Counted from the stretch's first letter, positions 9,287-20,164 are shown. The stretch: 64,000 bases of DNA from Bacillota bacterium (GCA_050951805.1 JBMNJT010000008.1:416001-480000), one strand, 5' to 3'. Numbers and translations: made by a program. The notes: generated by a model from the letters alone, not told the origin.

Positions 9287-11089
9287 ATGATGAATCGAAC
9301 ACGAACGCAGAGTGAGCGCCGACTCCGGGTATTCCAGATCTTTGCCTTATGTCTGTTCCTGGTCCTCGTGGGCAGGCTGTGGCAACTGCAGATAATAAAG
9401 GGAGAATATTACAAGAGCAGAGCTACGGCTAATAGGCTCGCACTTGTGCCGATATCTGCGCCGCGAGGGATAATCACTGATAGGCGCGGGGAAGTTTTCG
9501 CCACCAGCAGGATGGCATATACCATCTCCGTTGTTCCGCAAGAGTTTTCGGATCGAGAGGCGGAGGTGCGGCTTCTCTCTAAACTTTTGGAAATGCCTGT
9601 TGAGGAGATCGAAGCGAAGATAGCCGGGCAGACTGAGGGCCGGTATGGTCTGCCTTATATGCCTACGCGCCTCATCGAGGATGTGCCCCCCTACATGCTT
9701 GTAAGGGTCTCCGAGCACAAAGTTGAGTTGCCCGGGGTTATAATCGAGGAAGAACCGTATCGGAGCTATCCCAATGGATCCTTGGCCGGGCCCATCATCG
9801 GGTACGTCGGTCTGATCAATCAGGAAGAACTTGCTCGTCTTGGCGAAAAGGGCTATCAGTCCCGTGACCGTATTGGCAAGAGTGGTGTGGAGCGGGAGTT
9901 TGAGGAATACCTACGTGGGCAAGATGGAGTCACTGAAATCGAGGTTGACTCGCTTTCTCGACCTGTTGCGACGGTAGGCGCCAGGGCTCCGGTGGCCGGC
10001 TCTACCCTGGTGATGACGATCGATGCCAAAGTGCAACAGTCGGCTGAGGATGCTCTACGGTCGCAGCTTGAGACTTTGCAGTCTGGCAAATACAAACACG
10101 CTACGGCGGGCGCCGCGGTAGCGCTAGATCCGCGCACAGGAGAGATAATAGCCATGGCAACTGAGCCAGGCTACGACCCGGGCTGGTTTGTTCCTAGAAT
10201 CTCTGATGAACAGTGGCGTCAGGTGAGCACTGGCGTGTCGGGGCTTTTCAACCGTGCGATATCAGGCGCTTATCCGCCCGGCTCCACGTTTAAGCCTTTC
10301 ACTGCCATAGCTGCGCTCGAGGCAGGGGTGATAGATCTCGACGACAGGATTCTCTGCTCCCCCTCTGTCTCCTCGCGCTACTACAGGAAGAGGTGCTCTA
10401 TTTGGTCAAAGGGCCGTTCGCACGGGTATCAGAATCTTACTGAGGGTATGATCAATTCCTGCAACATTGTCTTCTACGAGCTGGGAGCAAGACTCTCGGT
10501 GGATCAGATGGCTTCGGCTGCAAAGCAATTCGGGCTTTCCCAGCCGACTGGCTTGCGATTTACGCCTGTGGAGGCTACCGGAGCTGTTCCAGATTCCAGT
10601 GTTCGCGATTTCATGCCGGGCGAACTTGCAAGCTACGCCATTGGCCAGCAGGTGACTGTTACTCCGCTGCAGATGGCTGTCGCCTATGGTGGAATTGCTA
10701 CTCGAGGCGTGATGTACAAGCCTCATCTTATCAGGCAAGTGATAGCGCCTGATGGGACAGTACAGACGCAGTCTGTTCCTGAGGTAATGCGGACGGCTGT
10801 CCTTTCTGACAGAACGTGGGACTATCTTCATCACAGCCTCAGCGAAGTGACGCGAATAGGCACGGCTAGTTCGGCTTTTAGAAATTTTGGCATACCCGTT
10901 GCAGGCAAGACTGGGACTGCGGAGGTTCCCCCGGGAGATCCACACGCATGGTTTGTCGGGTGGGCGCCAGCCGATGATCCGGAGATAGTTGTTGCTGTTA
11001 TGATAGAGCGTGGCGGAGGTGGCGGGGCGTCTGCAGCGCCTGTTGCCAGAAAGATCATGGAAGCCTATTTCGCCCCGACGGGCGAGTAG
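9287..11089 (+). CDS. mrdA: Penicillin-binding protein 2 (class B)
   Basis: STFK, SCN and KTG motifs; PBP dimerisation domain. Confidence 0.93.
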   Translation: MMNRTRTQSERRLRVFQIFALCLFLVLVGRLWQLQIIKGEYYKSRATANRLALVPISAPRGIITDRRGEVFATSRMAYTISVVPQEFSDREAEVRLLSKLLEMPVEEIEAKIAGQTEGRYGLPYMPTRLIEDVPPYMLVRVSEHKVELPGVIIEEEPYRSYPNGSLAGPIIGYVGLINQEELARLGEKGYQSRDRIGKSGVEREFEEYLRGQDGVTEIEVDSLSRPVATVGARAPVAGSTLVMTIDAKVQQSAEDALRSQLETLQSGKYKHATAGAAVALDPRTGEIIAMATEPGYDPGWFVPRISDEQWRQVSTGVSGLFNRAISGAYPPGSTFKPFTAIAALEAGVIDLDDRILCSPSVSSRYYRKRCSIWSKGRSHGYQNLTEGMINSCNIVFYELGARLSVDQMASAAKQFGLSQPTGLRFTPVEATGAVPDSSVRDFMPGELASYAIGQQVTVTPLQMAVAYGGIATRGVMYKPHLIRQVIAPDGTVQTQSVPEVMRTAVLSDRTWDYLHHSLSEVTRIGTASSAFRNFGIPVAGKTGTAEVPPGDPHAWFVGWAPADDPEIVVAVMIERGGGGGASAAPVARKIMEAYFAPTGE

Positions 11090-11145
11090 GCAGGAAGGAA
11101 ATGCATTCCTATTGGAGAATCAAACATGGATAGGCTGAATCGGCG

Positions 11146-11850
11146 GTGGTTGCGGTGAAGGCTCAGGAAGTGATTTTTAAGGGAACAAGGGACGGGCTTC
11201 GCCTCGTTATAGACGCAGATGAGAATATAGAAGAACTCAAGGGCAAACTTCGCCGAAGGCTTAACGAAGCTGAGGGTTTTTACTCAGGTGCCAGGGTCCG
11301 GTTGGATACGCGCGGGGCTGTTGTCCCGCCTGAGTGGATCGAGGAGGTCAGGATGATCTTGGAGGAGTACGGGTTGTCCCTGAGTGAGGAGAAGCCTGGG
11401 CAACGAAGGCCGCGGCAACATGCCGCCGGCGCGGGTCGGGCTTCGGCTAAGAAGGTTCTCGATGACGGTGGCCCAGAGAGCGGAGAACCGATCGTGCGCG
11501 GCGACACGATTCTCGTCCGAAGAACTCTCAGATCAGGGCAGGCAGTGTCGTTCGATGGGAATGTCGTCGTGATGGGCGATGTCAATCCGGGCTCCGAAGT
11601 CTTGGCAACCGGCGACATAGTGGTTTTCGGGTCGTTGCGAGGGATGGCGCATGCGGGCTCGGCCGGAAACGCCGAAGCCTGTGTAGTTGCTCTGCGTTTG
11701 ATCCCGACTCAGCTCCGGATAGCTGACAAAATAACGAGGGCGCCCGATGACGAAACGCAAGTGCCGCAGGGTCCGGAAGTAGCTTATCTGCGCGAGGGGT
11801 CGATCGTGATAGAACCCTGGACAACTCATACGGGGACGGTGTTAGTTTGA
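11146..11850 (+). CDS. minC: Septum site-determining protein MinC
   Basis: LRSGQ, GDVNPGSEV, LRGMAHAG. Confidence 0.93.
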   Translation: MVAVKAQEVIFKGTRDGLRLVIDADENIEELKGKLRRRLNEAEGFYSGARVRLDTRGAVVPPEWIEEVRMILEEYGLSLSEEKPGQRRPRQHAAGAGRASAKKVLDDGGPESGEPIVRGDTILVRRTLRSGQAVSFDGNVVVMGDVNPGSEVLATGDIVVFGSLRGMAHAGSAGNAEACVVALRLIPTQLRIADKITRAPDDETQVPQGPEVAYLREGSIVIEPWTTHTGTVLV

Positions 11851-12653
11851 TGAGCGGGACTGCTATAGTAGTGACTTCCGGGAAAGGCGGTGTTGGCAAG
11901 ACCACAGCAGCGGCCAACATCGGCGCTGGCCTGGCGATGTCGGGGCCCACTGTAGCACTGGTCGATGCGGATATCGGGCTTCGCAATCTTGATCTCGTGC
12001 TAGGGCTCGAAAATAGAATAGTATACGACCTAGTCAATGTAGTTGAGGGTGGTTGCGATGTTCAGAAAGCGCTAATACGTCATAAACATATTGAAAATCT
12101 CTCTCTTCTGCCGGCTGCGCAGTCAAGAGACAAAACAGCAGTCACGCCTGAACAGATGAAGGCTCTCACCTTGGGGCTTAAGGAGAGTTTCGATTTTGTG
12201 ATATTGGATTGTCCGGCAGGTATCGAGCAGGGGTTCAAAAATGCGATTGCTGGGGCTGACCGCGCGATCGTGGTAACTACCCCGGAGATGTCTGCGGTGA
12301 GGGACGCAGACAGAATTATCGGAATGTTGGAAGCGGAAGAGGTTAAGGACCCATGGCTCATTGTCAACAGGATCCGGCCCGATATGGTCAAAAGACACGA
12401 CATGATGAACGTTGACGACCTCATAGATTTCCTCAAGGTTGAACTCTTGGGCGTTGTTCCGGATGACGAATCGATCATAATCTCTACCAACAGGGGGATT
12501 CCGGCGGTAATGGATGAGAAGTCCCGTGCTGGACGAGCTTTTCTCGATATTGCATCTCGGATAATGGGCAATGATGTGCCGATTGCGGCGACGCTCGAAC
12601 CCGATGATTGGTTTTCTCGATTCGCCAAGTGGCTAGGGATATCAAGGGGGTAG
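11850..12653 (+). CDS. minD: Septum site-determining ATPase MinD
   Basis: SGKGGVGKTT, DIGLRNLD, C-terminal amphipathic helix. Confidence 0.96.
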   Translation: MSGTAIVVTSGKGGVGKTTAAANIGAGLAMSGPTVALVDADIGLRNLDLVLGLENRIVYDLVNVVEGGCDVQKALIRHKHIENLSLLPAAQSRDKTAVTPEQMKALTLGLKESFDFVILDCPAGIEQGFKNAIAGADRAIVVTTPEMSAVRDADRIIGMLEAEEVKDPWLIVNRIRPDMVKRHDMMNVDDLIDFLKVELLGVVPDDESIIISTNRGIPAVMDEKSRAGRAFLDIASRIMGNDVPIAATLEPDDWFSRFAKWLGISRG

Positions 12654-12658
12654 GCGCC

Positions 12659-12940
12659 ATGATGGACTTTCTCGCGCGGCTGTTCGGAAGGGTGGAAACC
12701 GAGACAAGCAGGGAATGTGCTAAGAATAGGCTGAGGCTTGTACTGGTGCAGGATCGCGCTACCCTCTCACCGCGCGTTATGGAGCAGCTCAAAAGCGAAC
12801 TGATTGAAGTTATTAGCAAGTATTTGGACATAGATGAAGAGGACATGCGCGTCGAACTAGACACGTCTGATTCATCCGTTGCCTTGGTGGCGAGCATTCC
12901 AGTCAAAGAGGTTAAGCGCGAGTCGGTTGGAGCGGTCTAG
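12659..12940 (+). CDS. minE: Cell division topological specificity factor MinE
   Basis: AKNRLRLVLVQDR and ELIEVISKY. Confidence 0.93.
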   Translation: MMDFLARLFGRVETETSRECAKNRLRLVLVQDRATLSPRVMEQLKSELIEVISKYLDIDEEDMRVELDTSDSSVALVASIPVKEVKRESVGAV

Positions 12941-13008
12941 CTTGACTTTGCATTATGGCCCCTTACTGGACCAGGTTTGTTATTCGTGCTCTTTCAGGAG
13001 GCCGTAGT

Positions 13009-14127
13009 ATGCTCATTGATAGGAGGCTTCTTAGCAATCTCGATCATGCATTGCTTGTTGCAGTAGTCATTGCAGTTCTATTTGGTTGTGCCATGATATA
13101 CAGCGCAACAAGATGGAATACGCGCTTGACGGCGGGAAACCCGCTTCTTTATGTGAAGAAGCAATTGGCTGCTGCGGCGTTGGGGGCTGCTGCGTCATTA
13201 GTTGTCCTCAGTGTGGACTATCACTACTTGGAACGGTTTGCCAAGTGGATCTACCTGGCTAGTCTATTGCTGCTTGCAAGTGTTTTTGTTTTTGGGAAGC
13301 GGACTAAGGGTGCGATAGGTTGGATTAAGATAGGACCCGTGGCCATACAGCCATGTGAATACGCCAAGATAGGGGTGGTTATAGCCCTTGCTGCGTACCT
13401 TGCTCAGCAGGATGATCTTTCCGATTTGCGGAGTTTCATTGTGCCAGCTCTGATCGTGGCGGCGCCGATGGCGCTTGTGGTTGCGCAAAACGACTTGGGT
13501 TCTGCACTCGTTCTTGCCCCCGTGTTTTTCGCAATGATGTATGCGGCTGGAGCTGATGCGAAACTGTTGTTGGCGATTGTCGGGGTTATTCTTCTGGTGA
13601 TAGCTCCGTTTTCCTATTTTTTTCTGCTGCAAACTCATCAACAGATGAGGATCAAGGTATTCTTCAATCCTGGGCTTGATCCGCGCGGATATGGATACAA
13701 TGTGATGCAGTCAGTGATAGCGATCGGATCGGGTGGGCTATTAGGAAAGGGGTATGGCCAGAGCACTCAGGCTCGGCTCAATTTCCTGCCGGAGCACCAC
13801 ACCGACTTTATATTCTCCGTGATCGCCGAGGAATTAGGGTTTTTCGGGGCGACTGCGGCGCTGGCAGTCCTCTTTTTCATAGTGCACAGAGGTTATAGCG
13901 TGGCCCAGGAGGCGCGCGACAAGTTCGGCGCTCTTCTGGCCGTTGGGCTAACCTCGGTTATGCTAGTTCATATTTTCGTAAATGCGGGAATGACTATGAA
14001 TGTGTCGCCGTGCACTGGAATACCGTTGCCATTTTTCAGCGCAGGCGGGAGTGCATTGATGGCCATGACGATTTCAATCGCCATAGTGCAGAACGTATAC
14101 ATGAGGAGGAAGAAGATCATCTTCTAG
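13009..14127 (+). CDS. rodA: SEDS family rod shape-determining protein RodA
   Basis: IQPCEYAK, DLGSA, LPEHHTDFIFS; ATG at 13009 after AGGAGG. Confidence 0.92.
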   Translation: MLIDRRLLSNLDHALLVAVVIAVLFGCAMIYSATRWNTRLTAGNPLLYVKKQLAAAALGAAASLVVLSVDYHYLERFAKWIYLASLLLLASVFVFGKRTKGAIGWIKIGPVAIQPCEYAKIGVVIALAAYLAQQDDLSDLRSFIVPALIVAAPMALVVAQNDLGSALVLAPVFFAMMYAAGADAKLLLAIVGVILLVIAPFSYFFLLQTHQQMRIKVFFNPGLDPRGYGYNVMQSVIAIGSGGLLGKGYGQSTQARLNFLPEHHTDFIFSVIAEELGFFGATAALAVLFFIVHRGYSVAQEARDKFGALLAVGLTSVMLVHIFVNAGMTMNVSPCTGIPLPFFSAGGSALMAMTISIAIVQNVYMRRKKIIF

Positions 14128-14231
14128 CGTGGCTGAGACGGCAATATAATCTCATATGGGCATTCGAGGCTGCAGGCTCTGGGGGCTTGCCGCTTTCTCT
14201 GCTCTGATCTGGGGCACTGGGGGTAGGGCAG

Positions 14232-15152
14232 GTGAAGCGCGCGCTGCCGCGGGAGGTTCCGGGGATTCTGGGAATGACACGTGTGTTCGGAATCGAATTC
14301 GATGTAGACCCGCTCGTTGTCGTCTTTGCAGCTTTATACGCGTTCGCAGGGAATCTGTGGCAATGGATGGTCGTATTTGCGTCGTTGCTTGTTCATGAGG
14401 CAGCGCACGCTGTCACCGCGGCAGGCTTTGGATTCGCAGTGGCGCGAATCAGCGTAACACCGATCGGGGCCGTCGCCTCGCTTGAGGGAGATATTCAGCT
14501 CCGACCAGAGGCCGAAGCGGCTGTAGCCATGTCCGGGCCCATGACTTCTCTAGTTCTTGCTGCCATGGGTTATCTTCTCCTGATTTATGGTAATGCTGAT
14601 AGGGGGAAGATCGAGTTTTTTGTGGGCGCCAACATCGTTTTGGCCATGTTCAACCTGATTCCGGCATTTCCACTCGATGGCGGACGGGTTCTGAGAGCCC
14701 TGATGACTGAGAGGTTGGGGGTTGCGTCTGCCACGCGCAAGGCGGTTGGCATGTCGCGTGTTATTGGGATTGGAATTGCAGTTTTGGGCGTGGCGGGCGT
14801 TGCCGCGGGATATTTTAATTTTTTGGTGCCGGCGTTGGGACTGTTCATTCTGATAGCAGCTGAGCGCGAGAGGCAGTCTGCAGTATGTGCTGGGCTCAAA
14901 TCCGTGATGGGCAAGCGCGTTTCATTGAGCAAGCGAGGCGCGTTACCAGTGAGATTGCTGGTGGCAGCTCCCGAGATGACCGCCTGCGACTTGCTTCGCA
15001 AAGTGACGTCATCCGACTTCACTGTTGTGTCGGTTATTGGTGCAGGTGGCCGCGAGATCGGACGCCTTTCCGAACTAGAGCTGCTGGAGGGCATATCGAT
15101 GTTGGGGCCCGATGCTGAGGTTCGTGAAGTCCTGGCCGGCCGTAAAGATTGA
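14232..15152 (+). CDS. M50 family intramembrane metalloprotease, SpoIVFB-like
   Basis: HEAAH and NLIPAFPLDGG motifs, CBS-like C-terminus; usual spoIVFB position; start uncertain (14232 or 14274). Confidence 0.82.
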   Translation: MKRALPREVPGILGMTRVFGIEFDVDPLVVVFAALYAFAGNLWQWMVVFASLLVHEAAHAVTAAGFGFAVARISVTPIGAVASLEGDIQLRPEAEAAVAMSGPMTSLVLAAMGYLLLIYGNADRGKIEFFVGANIVLAMFNLIPAFPLDGGRVLRALMTERLGVASATRKAVGMSRVIGIGIAVLGVAGVAAGYFNFLVPALGLFILIAAERERQSAVCAGLKSVMGKRVSLSKRGALPVRLLVAAPEMTACDLLRKVTSSDFTVVSVIGAGGREIGRLSELELLEGISMLGPDAEVREVLAGRKD

Positions 15153-15167
15153 GGAGAAGCGTTTTTT

Positions 15168-16973
15168 ATGATTGACAAGAAGGTTTTGTACGAGGAAATC
15201 CTGCCGTCGGTGTCGCAGCCGGCAAGGTACGTCGGCAACGAGCTAAACTCGGTCCGCCGTAGTCCGAAAGAGGTTGAGGCCAGTATCTTGCTGGCTTTTC
15301 CGGACGTTTACGAGGTGGGAATGTCGTATATAGGGTTCAAGATCCTGTACGAAATAGTCAACAACATACCCGAATTCGTCGCGGAGCGCGCTTTTGCTCC
15401 ATGGCCTGATATGGAGGCGCAAATGCGCTTGCGCGAAATTCCCCTTTACGGCCTCGAAACCTACGAGCCAGCGAAGTCCTTCGACGTGATCGGGTTTACC
15501 CTTCAGTATGAACTGACATACACCAATGTGCTGGCAATGCTCGAGCTGGCTGGTGTGCCGCTTGAGGCTGATGCCCGGCACGAAGGCGACCCGATCGTGA
15601 TTGCAGGTGGGCCATGTGCGTCCAATCCCGAACCCATGGCGGCATTTTTTGATTTGCTTGTGATCGGCGATGGGGAAGAGGCGATTGTGGACTTGATGTC
15701 CGAGGTTGCCAGGGCAAAAAGAGAGGGGGCGAAACGCGCTGACATAGTAAATAGGCTTGCGGTGATAGATGGTGTCTATTGCCCGCGCCTGAAGAACCCT
15801 GTAAGCCGCAGGGTGGTGACGGATCTTGACGAGGCCGAGTTTCCAAGAAAGTTTGTGGTGCCTTTTCTCGAAGCTGTACACGACCGGGTTGCTCTGGAAG
15901 TGATGAGGGGTTGCACAAGAGGGTGCAGATTTTGCCAAGCCGGCATGATATACCGGCCAGTGCGGGAACGCGGACTCGACAATCTCTGCTCGCTGGCGAA
16001 AGATCTTGTCAAAAGCACGGGCTATGACGAGATATCTTTGCTTTCGCTTTCAAGCGCGGATTACACTCAGGTTGAGGAGTTGAGCAGAAAGCTCGTTCAG
16101 GAATACGCAGACAAGGGAGTAGCGGTTTCCCTGCCCTCTTTGCGTGTGGATTCGTTTTCTTTGGAGCTTGCCAAGGAGCTAGAGAAGTCGCGAAGGACAG
16201 GCCTGACTTTTGCGCCTGAGGCCGGAACCCAAAGGATGCGGGATGTGATCAACAAGGGCGTTACCGAAGAGGATCTGATGTCTGCCGCTGCAGACGCCTT
16301 TGAATCGGGATGGGATCTCATCAAGCTTTATTTCATGATAGGGCTGCCGTATGAGGAGGACGAGGATCTGGATGGCATAGCAGATCTCTCTCGTCGTGTT
16401 TTGGAGCTTGGACGGAATATGGCGGGGAAGCGAAACAAGGCGGGCAGGGTCCGAGTAAACGTGAGCGTATCGTCGTTTGTTCCTAAACCACATACCCCTT
16501 TTCAGTGGCACGCGCAGAATTCCCGGGAGGAATTGATGAGAAAGCAGAATTACCTGAAGGAACGAATGCGCGTGCGCGGCTTGACAGTCTCGTTTCACAA
16601 TGTGGAGGCAAGCTTCCTGGAAGCGGCGTTTGCGAGAGGGGGCAGAGAGCTTGCTCCGGCGATAGCGCGCGCGGCGGCGCTCGGATGCAGGTTTGACGGA
16701 TGGTCAGACCAGTTCCGCCCTGACCTATGGGCGCAAGCTTTTAAAGATGTTGGCATTGACCCTTCCGCATGGGCCAATAAATCCTATGCATATGATGAGC
16801 CGCTGCCATGGGATCACATCGACATGGGAGTCTCGAAAAGATTTCTCGTGCGGGAAGCAGAACGTGCCGCCAGGGCTGAACTTACCCCCGATTGCCGCAC
16901 TGGTGCTTGCGCAGCCTGTGGCGCCTGCGCGGATGGCGTCAAGACGCGTCTTGCCGGCGAGGCATGGAGGTGA
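15168..16973 (+). CDS. TIGR03960-type B12-binding radical SAM protein
   Basis: PARYVGNE, FPDVYEVGMS, CTRGCRFC, C-terminal CxxxxCxxCGxC. Confidence 0.9.
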   Translation: MIDKKVLYEEILPSVSQPARYVGNELNSVRRSPKEVEASILLAFPDVYEVGMSYIGFKILYEIVNNIPEFVAERAFAPWPDMEAQMRLREIPLYGLETYEPAKSFDVIGFTLQYELTYTNVLAMLELAGVPLEADARHEGDPIVIAGGPCASNPEPMAAFFDLLVIGDGEEAIVDLMSEVARAKREGAKRADIVNRLAVIDGVYCPRLKNPVSRRVVTDLDEAEFPRKFVVPFLEAVHDRVALEVMRGCTRGCRFCQAGMIYRPVRERGLDNLCSLAKDLVKSTGYDEISLLSLSSADYTQVEELSRKLVQEYADKGVAVSLPSLRVDSFSLELAKELEKSRRTGLTFAPEAGTQRMRDVINKGVTEEDLMSAAADAFESGWDLIKLYFMIGLPYEEDEDLDGIADLSRRVLELGRNMAGKRNKAGRVRVNVSVSSFVPKPHTPFQWHAQNSREELMRKQNYLKERMRVRGLTVSFHNVEASFLEAAFARGGRELAPAIARAAALGCRFDGWSDQFRPDLWAQAFKDVGIDPSAWANKSYAYDEPLPWDHIDMGVSKRFLVREAERAARAELTPDCRTGACAACGACADGVKTRLAGEAWR

Positions 16974-16980
16974 ACGGGGT

Positions 16981-17700
16981 ATGGTGCTGAGGGTTCGCAT
17001 TACAAAAGGCGAAGAGGCGCGGTTCATCTCACACCTTGGTTTCATGAGAGCTTTTGAGCGCGCCATAAGGCGTGCTGAGATTCCGGTTGCATATTCTGAA
17101 GGCTACCACCCTTTGCCCAAGTTCTCATTTGCCACCGCTCTTGGGGTTGGAATTTCCAGCGAAGCGGAATATGTTGACATTCAGATAGATCCTGACGGTC
17201 CCAAGATCAGCGTTGAGGAGGCCTTCGACGCGCTGGACAGGAACATGCCTCCGGGGATTGCGGTCGTGGCGGCCTGCTGGTATCTGGGTAAACCTGCACT
17301 CGCATCACTTATTGAATACGCTTCCTATAGGGCGAGTGGATGTGGCGCCTTGCATGAAGCCGCAGAAGAGTTTATGGCCATGGATGCCTCCCTAGGGACT
17401 ATCACCACGAAGAGCGGGGAAAAAGAGGAGGATATCAGGAAGCTCGTTTATTCAATATCGATGGCAGATGATGAGAGTTTGGAGTTTATTTGTGCGTGTG
17501 GCGGGCGCGCTCATCTCAGGCCTGATAACCTTCTTGTGCACCTAAGTTCGATCGCCGGGGTTGAATGTGATGTCAAGCGGTCCCGGATCCATCGGACTGG
17601 TTTGTTTGTTGTTGAGGATGGGGAACTCGTGTCCCCTATGGATTATAAATGCAAAGATTTGGTCATCGCTAAGGGTTGGATGCCCAGGGAGTTGAGTTGA
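16981..17700 (+). CDS. TIGR03936/DUF2344 radical SAM-associated protein
   Basis: RFISHLGFMRAFERAIRRA and YSEGYHPLP; ATG at 16981; synteny. Confidence 0.87.
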   Translation: MVLRVRITKGEEARFISHLGFMRAFERAIRRAEIPVAYSEGYHPLPKFSFATALGVGISSEAEYVDIQIDPDGPKISVEEAFDALDRNMPPGIAVVAACWYLGKPALASLIEYASYRASGCGALHEAAEEFMAMDASLGTITTKSGEKEEDIRKLVYSISMADDESLEFICACGGRAHLRPDNLLVHLSSIAGVECDVKRSRIHRTGLFVVEDGELVSPMDYKCKDLVIAKGWMPRELS

Positions 17701-19914
17701 ATGTCCAGAGAAATTGTTGTCAACTCCGACAATGGCGAAACAAGGGCCGCCATCCTGGAGGATGGAAAGCTTGTGGATCTTTTTGTGGAGAGATCAGTTC
17801 ATCCCCGGTATGCGGGGAACGTCTACAAAGGAGTAGTCGAGAATGTTCTTCCGGGGATGCAGGCGGCTTTCGTCAATATAGGTTTGGAGCGCAACGCGTT
17901 TTTGTATGTAGATGATGCCTTAGCAGGGCATAATGGCCGCAATTCCCGCGTAGTACGGGAGGCGGATGGAGAAGAGATTTCGGTTCCGAGGAAGAAGTCG
18001 CGATCGATTAAGGACATCTTAAAGCCTGGTCAGGAGATCATGGTTCAGGTTACGAAAGAGCCCATAGGCGCCAAGGGCGCAAGGGTAGTGACGGATGTCA
18101 CTCTTCCAGGAAGGTATGTTGTGCTCATGCCCACGGTGGACTATGTTGGTGTGTCCAGACGCATAGAAGAAGAGGGCGAGCGTGACAGACTGCGGAAAAT
18201 CGCTCAGGCCTCGAAACCGCGTCGAATGGGCGTGATTGTGAGGACGGTTGCCGAAGGGAAGAGCCAGGAGGAGATCGCCTCCGATATTCAGTTTCTTGTG
18301 AAATTATGGAGGCGAATACAGGGCAGGAACAGGAGGGCGCAGGGCGCCACGTTGCTTCACCAAGAGTACGACTTGGCTTTCAGGTTGGTTCGCGATCATT
18401 TTGCTGCGGATGTAACCAGGTTTGTGGTGGATGATGCTAAAGAGCATAAGAAAGTCCTCGATCTGTCGAGGATGTTTTCCGAGTCCATGCGGGACCGAAT
18501 TCACCTGTATACGGGGCAGGAACCGATCTTCGATGTGTATGGGCTCGAGGAAGAGATAGCGCGGACCTTGAGGCGCAAGGTGTGGCTTGCATGTGGAGGA
18601 TATATTGTCATAGACAACACAGAGGCGCTCACGGTCATAGATGTGAATACGGGAAAATACATTGGCACGACATGTCTTGCGGACACGGTACTTAAGACTA
18701 ACATAGAAGCTGCTGAGGAAATCGCAAGGCAGGTCAGGTTGAGGAACATTGGCGGGATAATAGTCATCGACTTCATTGATATGGATGACGATTCCCATCG
18801 GCGACTGGTCATAGAGAAACTCGAGGACGCTCTCTCGCGCGACAAAACAAAGGCCACAGTTCTTGGCTTTACTCACCTAGGCTTGGTGGAGATGACTAGA
18901 AAAAAGGTGCAGCAAGGATTGGCTGAGTCGATGATGAAAGTCTGTCCTACGTGCGACGGGAGAGGGCGGATCCTCTCCGAAGAGACACTTTCATTTCGCG
19001 CTATGCGTGCCATAAAGAAGGAAGCCCTCACTACTGATCAGCCAGCCATGCTTGTTTTGCTCCACCCGTCGGTTGCTGCCATGCTCATAGGCGCTGGTGG
19101 CTCTAACCTTTCTGCGCTAGAAGAGGAAACAGGAAAAGCCATATACGTGAAGGGCAGCTTCGATCAGAAGGTGGAGGACATAGTAGTTGCCGCCGTCGGA
19201 TCGAGGGAAGACGTAGAGAAGAAGGCATTGCCTGTGTCAGCCGGCGATAGGTTGGAAGTGGTCATTGAAGAACCTCATGTGAGCAATAGTCGAGACGGAA
19301 TTGCCAGGCTTGAGGGGTATGTCATAGATGTGGAGGGCGCAGGTCGCCTTGTCGGCGAGAAAGTTCGCATAGAGGTCACAAAGGTTTTCAAGACGTATGC
19401 GAGGGCAAGATTGATCAATGAAGACGCCGACGAGCATGGGCAGGATAAGGAAGGCCCGAATGCGGTAGTGGCTGAGAACGGCGACAAGCGCGAGGATAAG
19501 GAGAAATCGGCCAAGAAGGCTTCTAATGAAGATCACGTGAAAGACGAGCAAAAAGCCAGGCAAAACAGTAAGAAAGACAGCAAACAAGATGCCAGGAAGA
19601 GTAACAAACAAGACAGCAAGCAAGATAGCAAACAGAAAAGTGGTCAAAGCGATGGCAGCCCGAAGGGCGGTGCTAATGCGGGCAAGGCGGGTGGGCAGAA
19701 GACGCGTGGAGGCGGTGAAAAAGGGCCTCATCAGGAGAATCGAGGAGGTTCGCGAAGCACTGGCCAGAGGGGTCGGGAGCAAGGCGGTTCAAAAGCTGGA
19801 CAAAAATCTGGCCAGCGGCGGAATGGTAGTCAAGCGACGGCGAGCAGTGTCAAGAAGCGCGGTGCTAAGAATCAAGCAGATACGGCTGGCAATGGGGTCT
19901 CGGGCGACTCCTGA
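17701..19914 (+). CDS. rng: Rne/Rng family ribonuclease with TRAM domain and disordered C-terminal tail
   Basis: S1 domain (GNVYKG, LPGMQAAF), IDVNTGK, IDFIDM, CPTCDGRG. Confidence 0.92.
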   Translation: MSREIVVNSDNGETRAAILEDGKLVDLFVERSVHPRYAGNVYKGVVENVLPGMQAAFVNIGLERNAFLYVDDALAGHNGRNSRVVREADGEEISVPRKKSRSIKDILKPGQEIMVQVTKEPIGAKGARVVTDVTLPGRYVVLMPTVDYVGVSRRIEEEGERDRLRKIAQASKPRRMGVIVRTVAEGKSQEEIASDIQFLVKLWRRIQGRNRRAQGATLLHQEYDLAFRLVRDHFAADVTRFVVDDAKEHKKVLDLSRMFSESMRDRIHLYTGQEPIFDVYGLEEEIARTLRRKVWLACGGYIVIDNTEALTVIDVNTGKYIGTTCLADTVLKTNIEAAEEIARQVRLRNIGGIIVIDFIDMDDDSHRRLVIEKLEDALSRDKTKATVLGFTHLGLVEMTRKKVQQGLAESMMKVCPTCDGRGRILSEETLSFRAMRAIKKEALTTDQPAMLVLLHPSVAAMLIGAGGSNLSALEEETGKAIYVKGSFDQKVEDIVVAAVGSREDVEKKALPVSAGDRLEVVIEEPHVSNSRDGIARLEGYVIDVEGAGRLVGEKVRIEVTKVFKTYARARLINEDADEHGQDKEGPNAVVAENGDKREDKEKSAKKASNEDHVKDEQKARQNSKKDSKQDARKSNKQDSKQDSKQKSGQSDGSPKGGANAGKAGGQKTRGGGEKGPHQENRGGSRSTGQRGREQGGSKAGQKSGQRRNGSQATASSVKKRGAKNQADTAGNGVSGDS

Positions 19915-20164
19915 GCACAGATAGAAGCAGAGTTAGGCCTGTGGAACTTGGCTGGACATATGTGCATGGAATGCCATCGTGTTTTGCGCAACAGCAGCGT
20001 GGAAGTGAACAACCTCGCTCAGGGGCTTTGTTGGAGAATCCACAGGCTACTTGCAAGCGGTTCTTGAACAGTATTCACCGATGCTCAAAGGTTTTGCTGG
20101 AGGTTGTTTTCCCACAAGTAGGTCTGGAAAAGCTCTTGCGGGATCTTACGGGTCCGCATTGCCT

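Noticed and set aside
19940-20120. DnaA-box-like 9-mers (TGTGGAACT, GAATCCACA, TTTCCCACA)
   Set aside because: All mismatch the TTWTNCACA consensus, and there is no AT-rich unwinding element or dnaA nearby.
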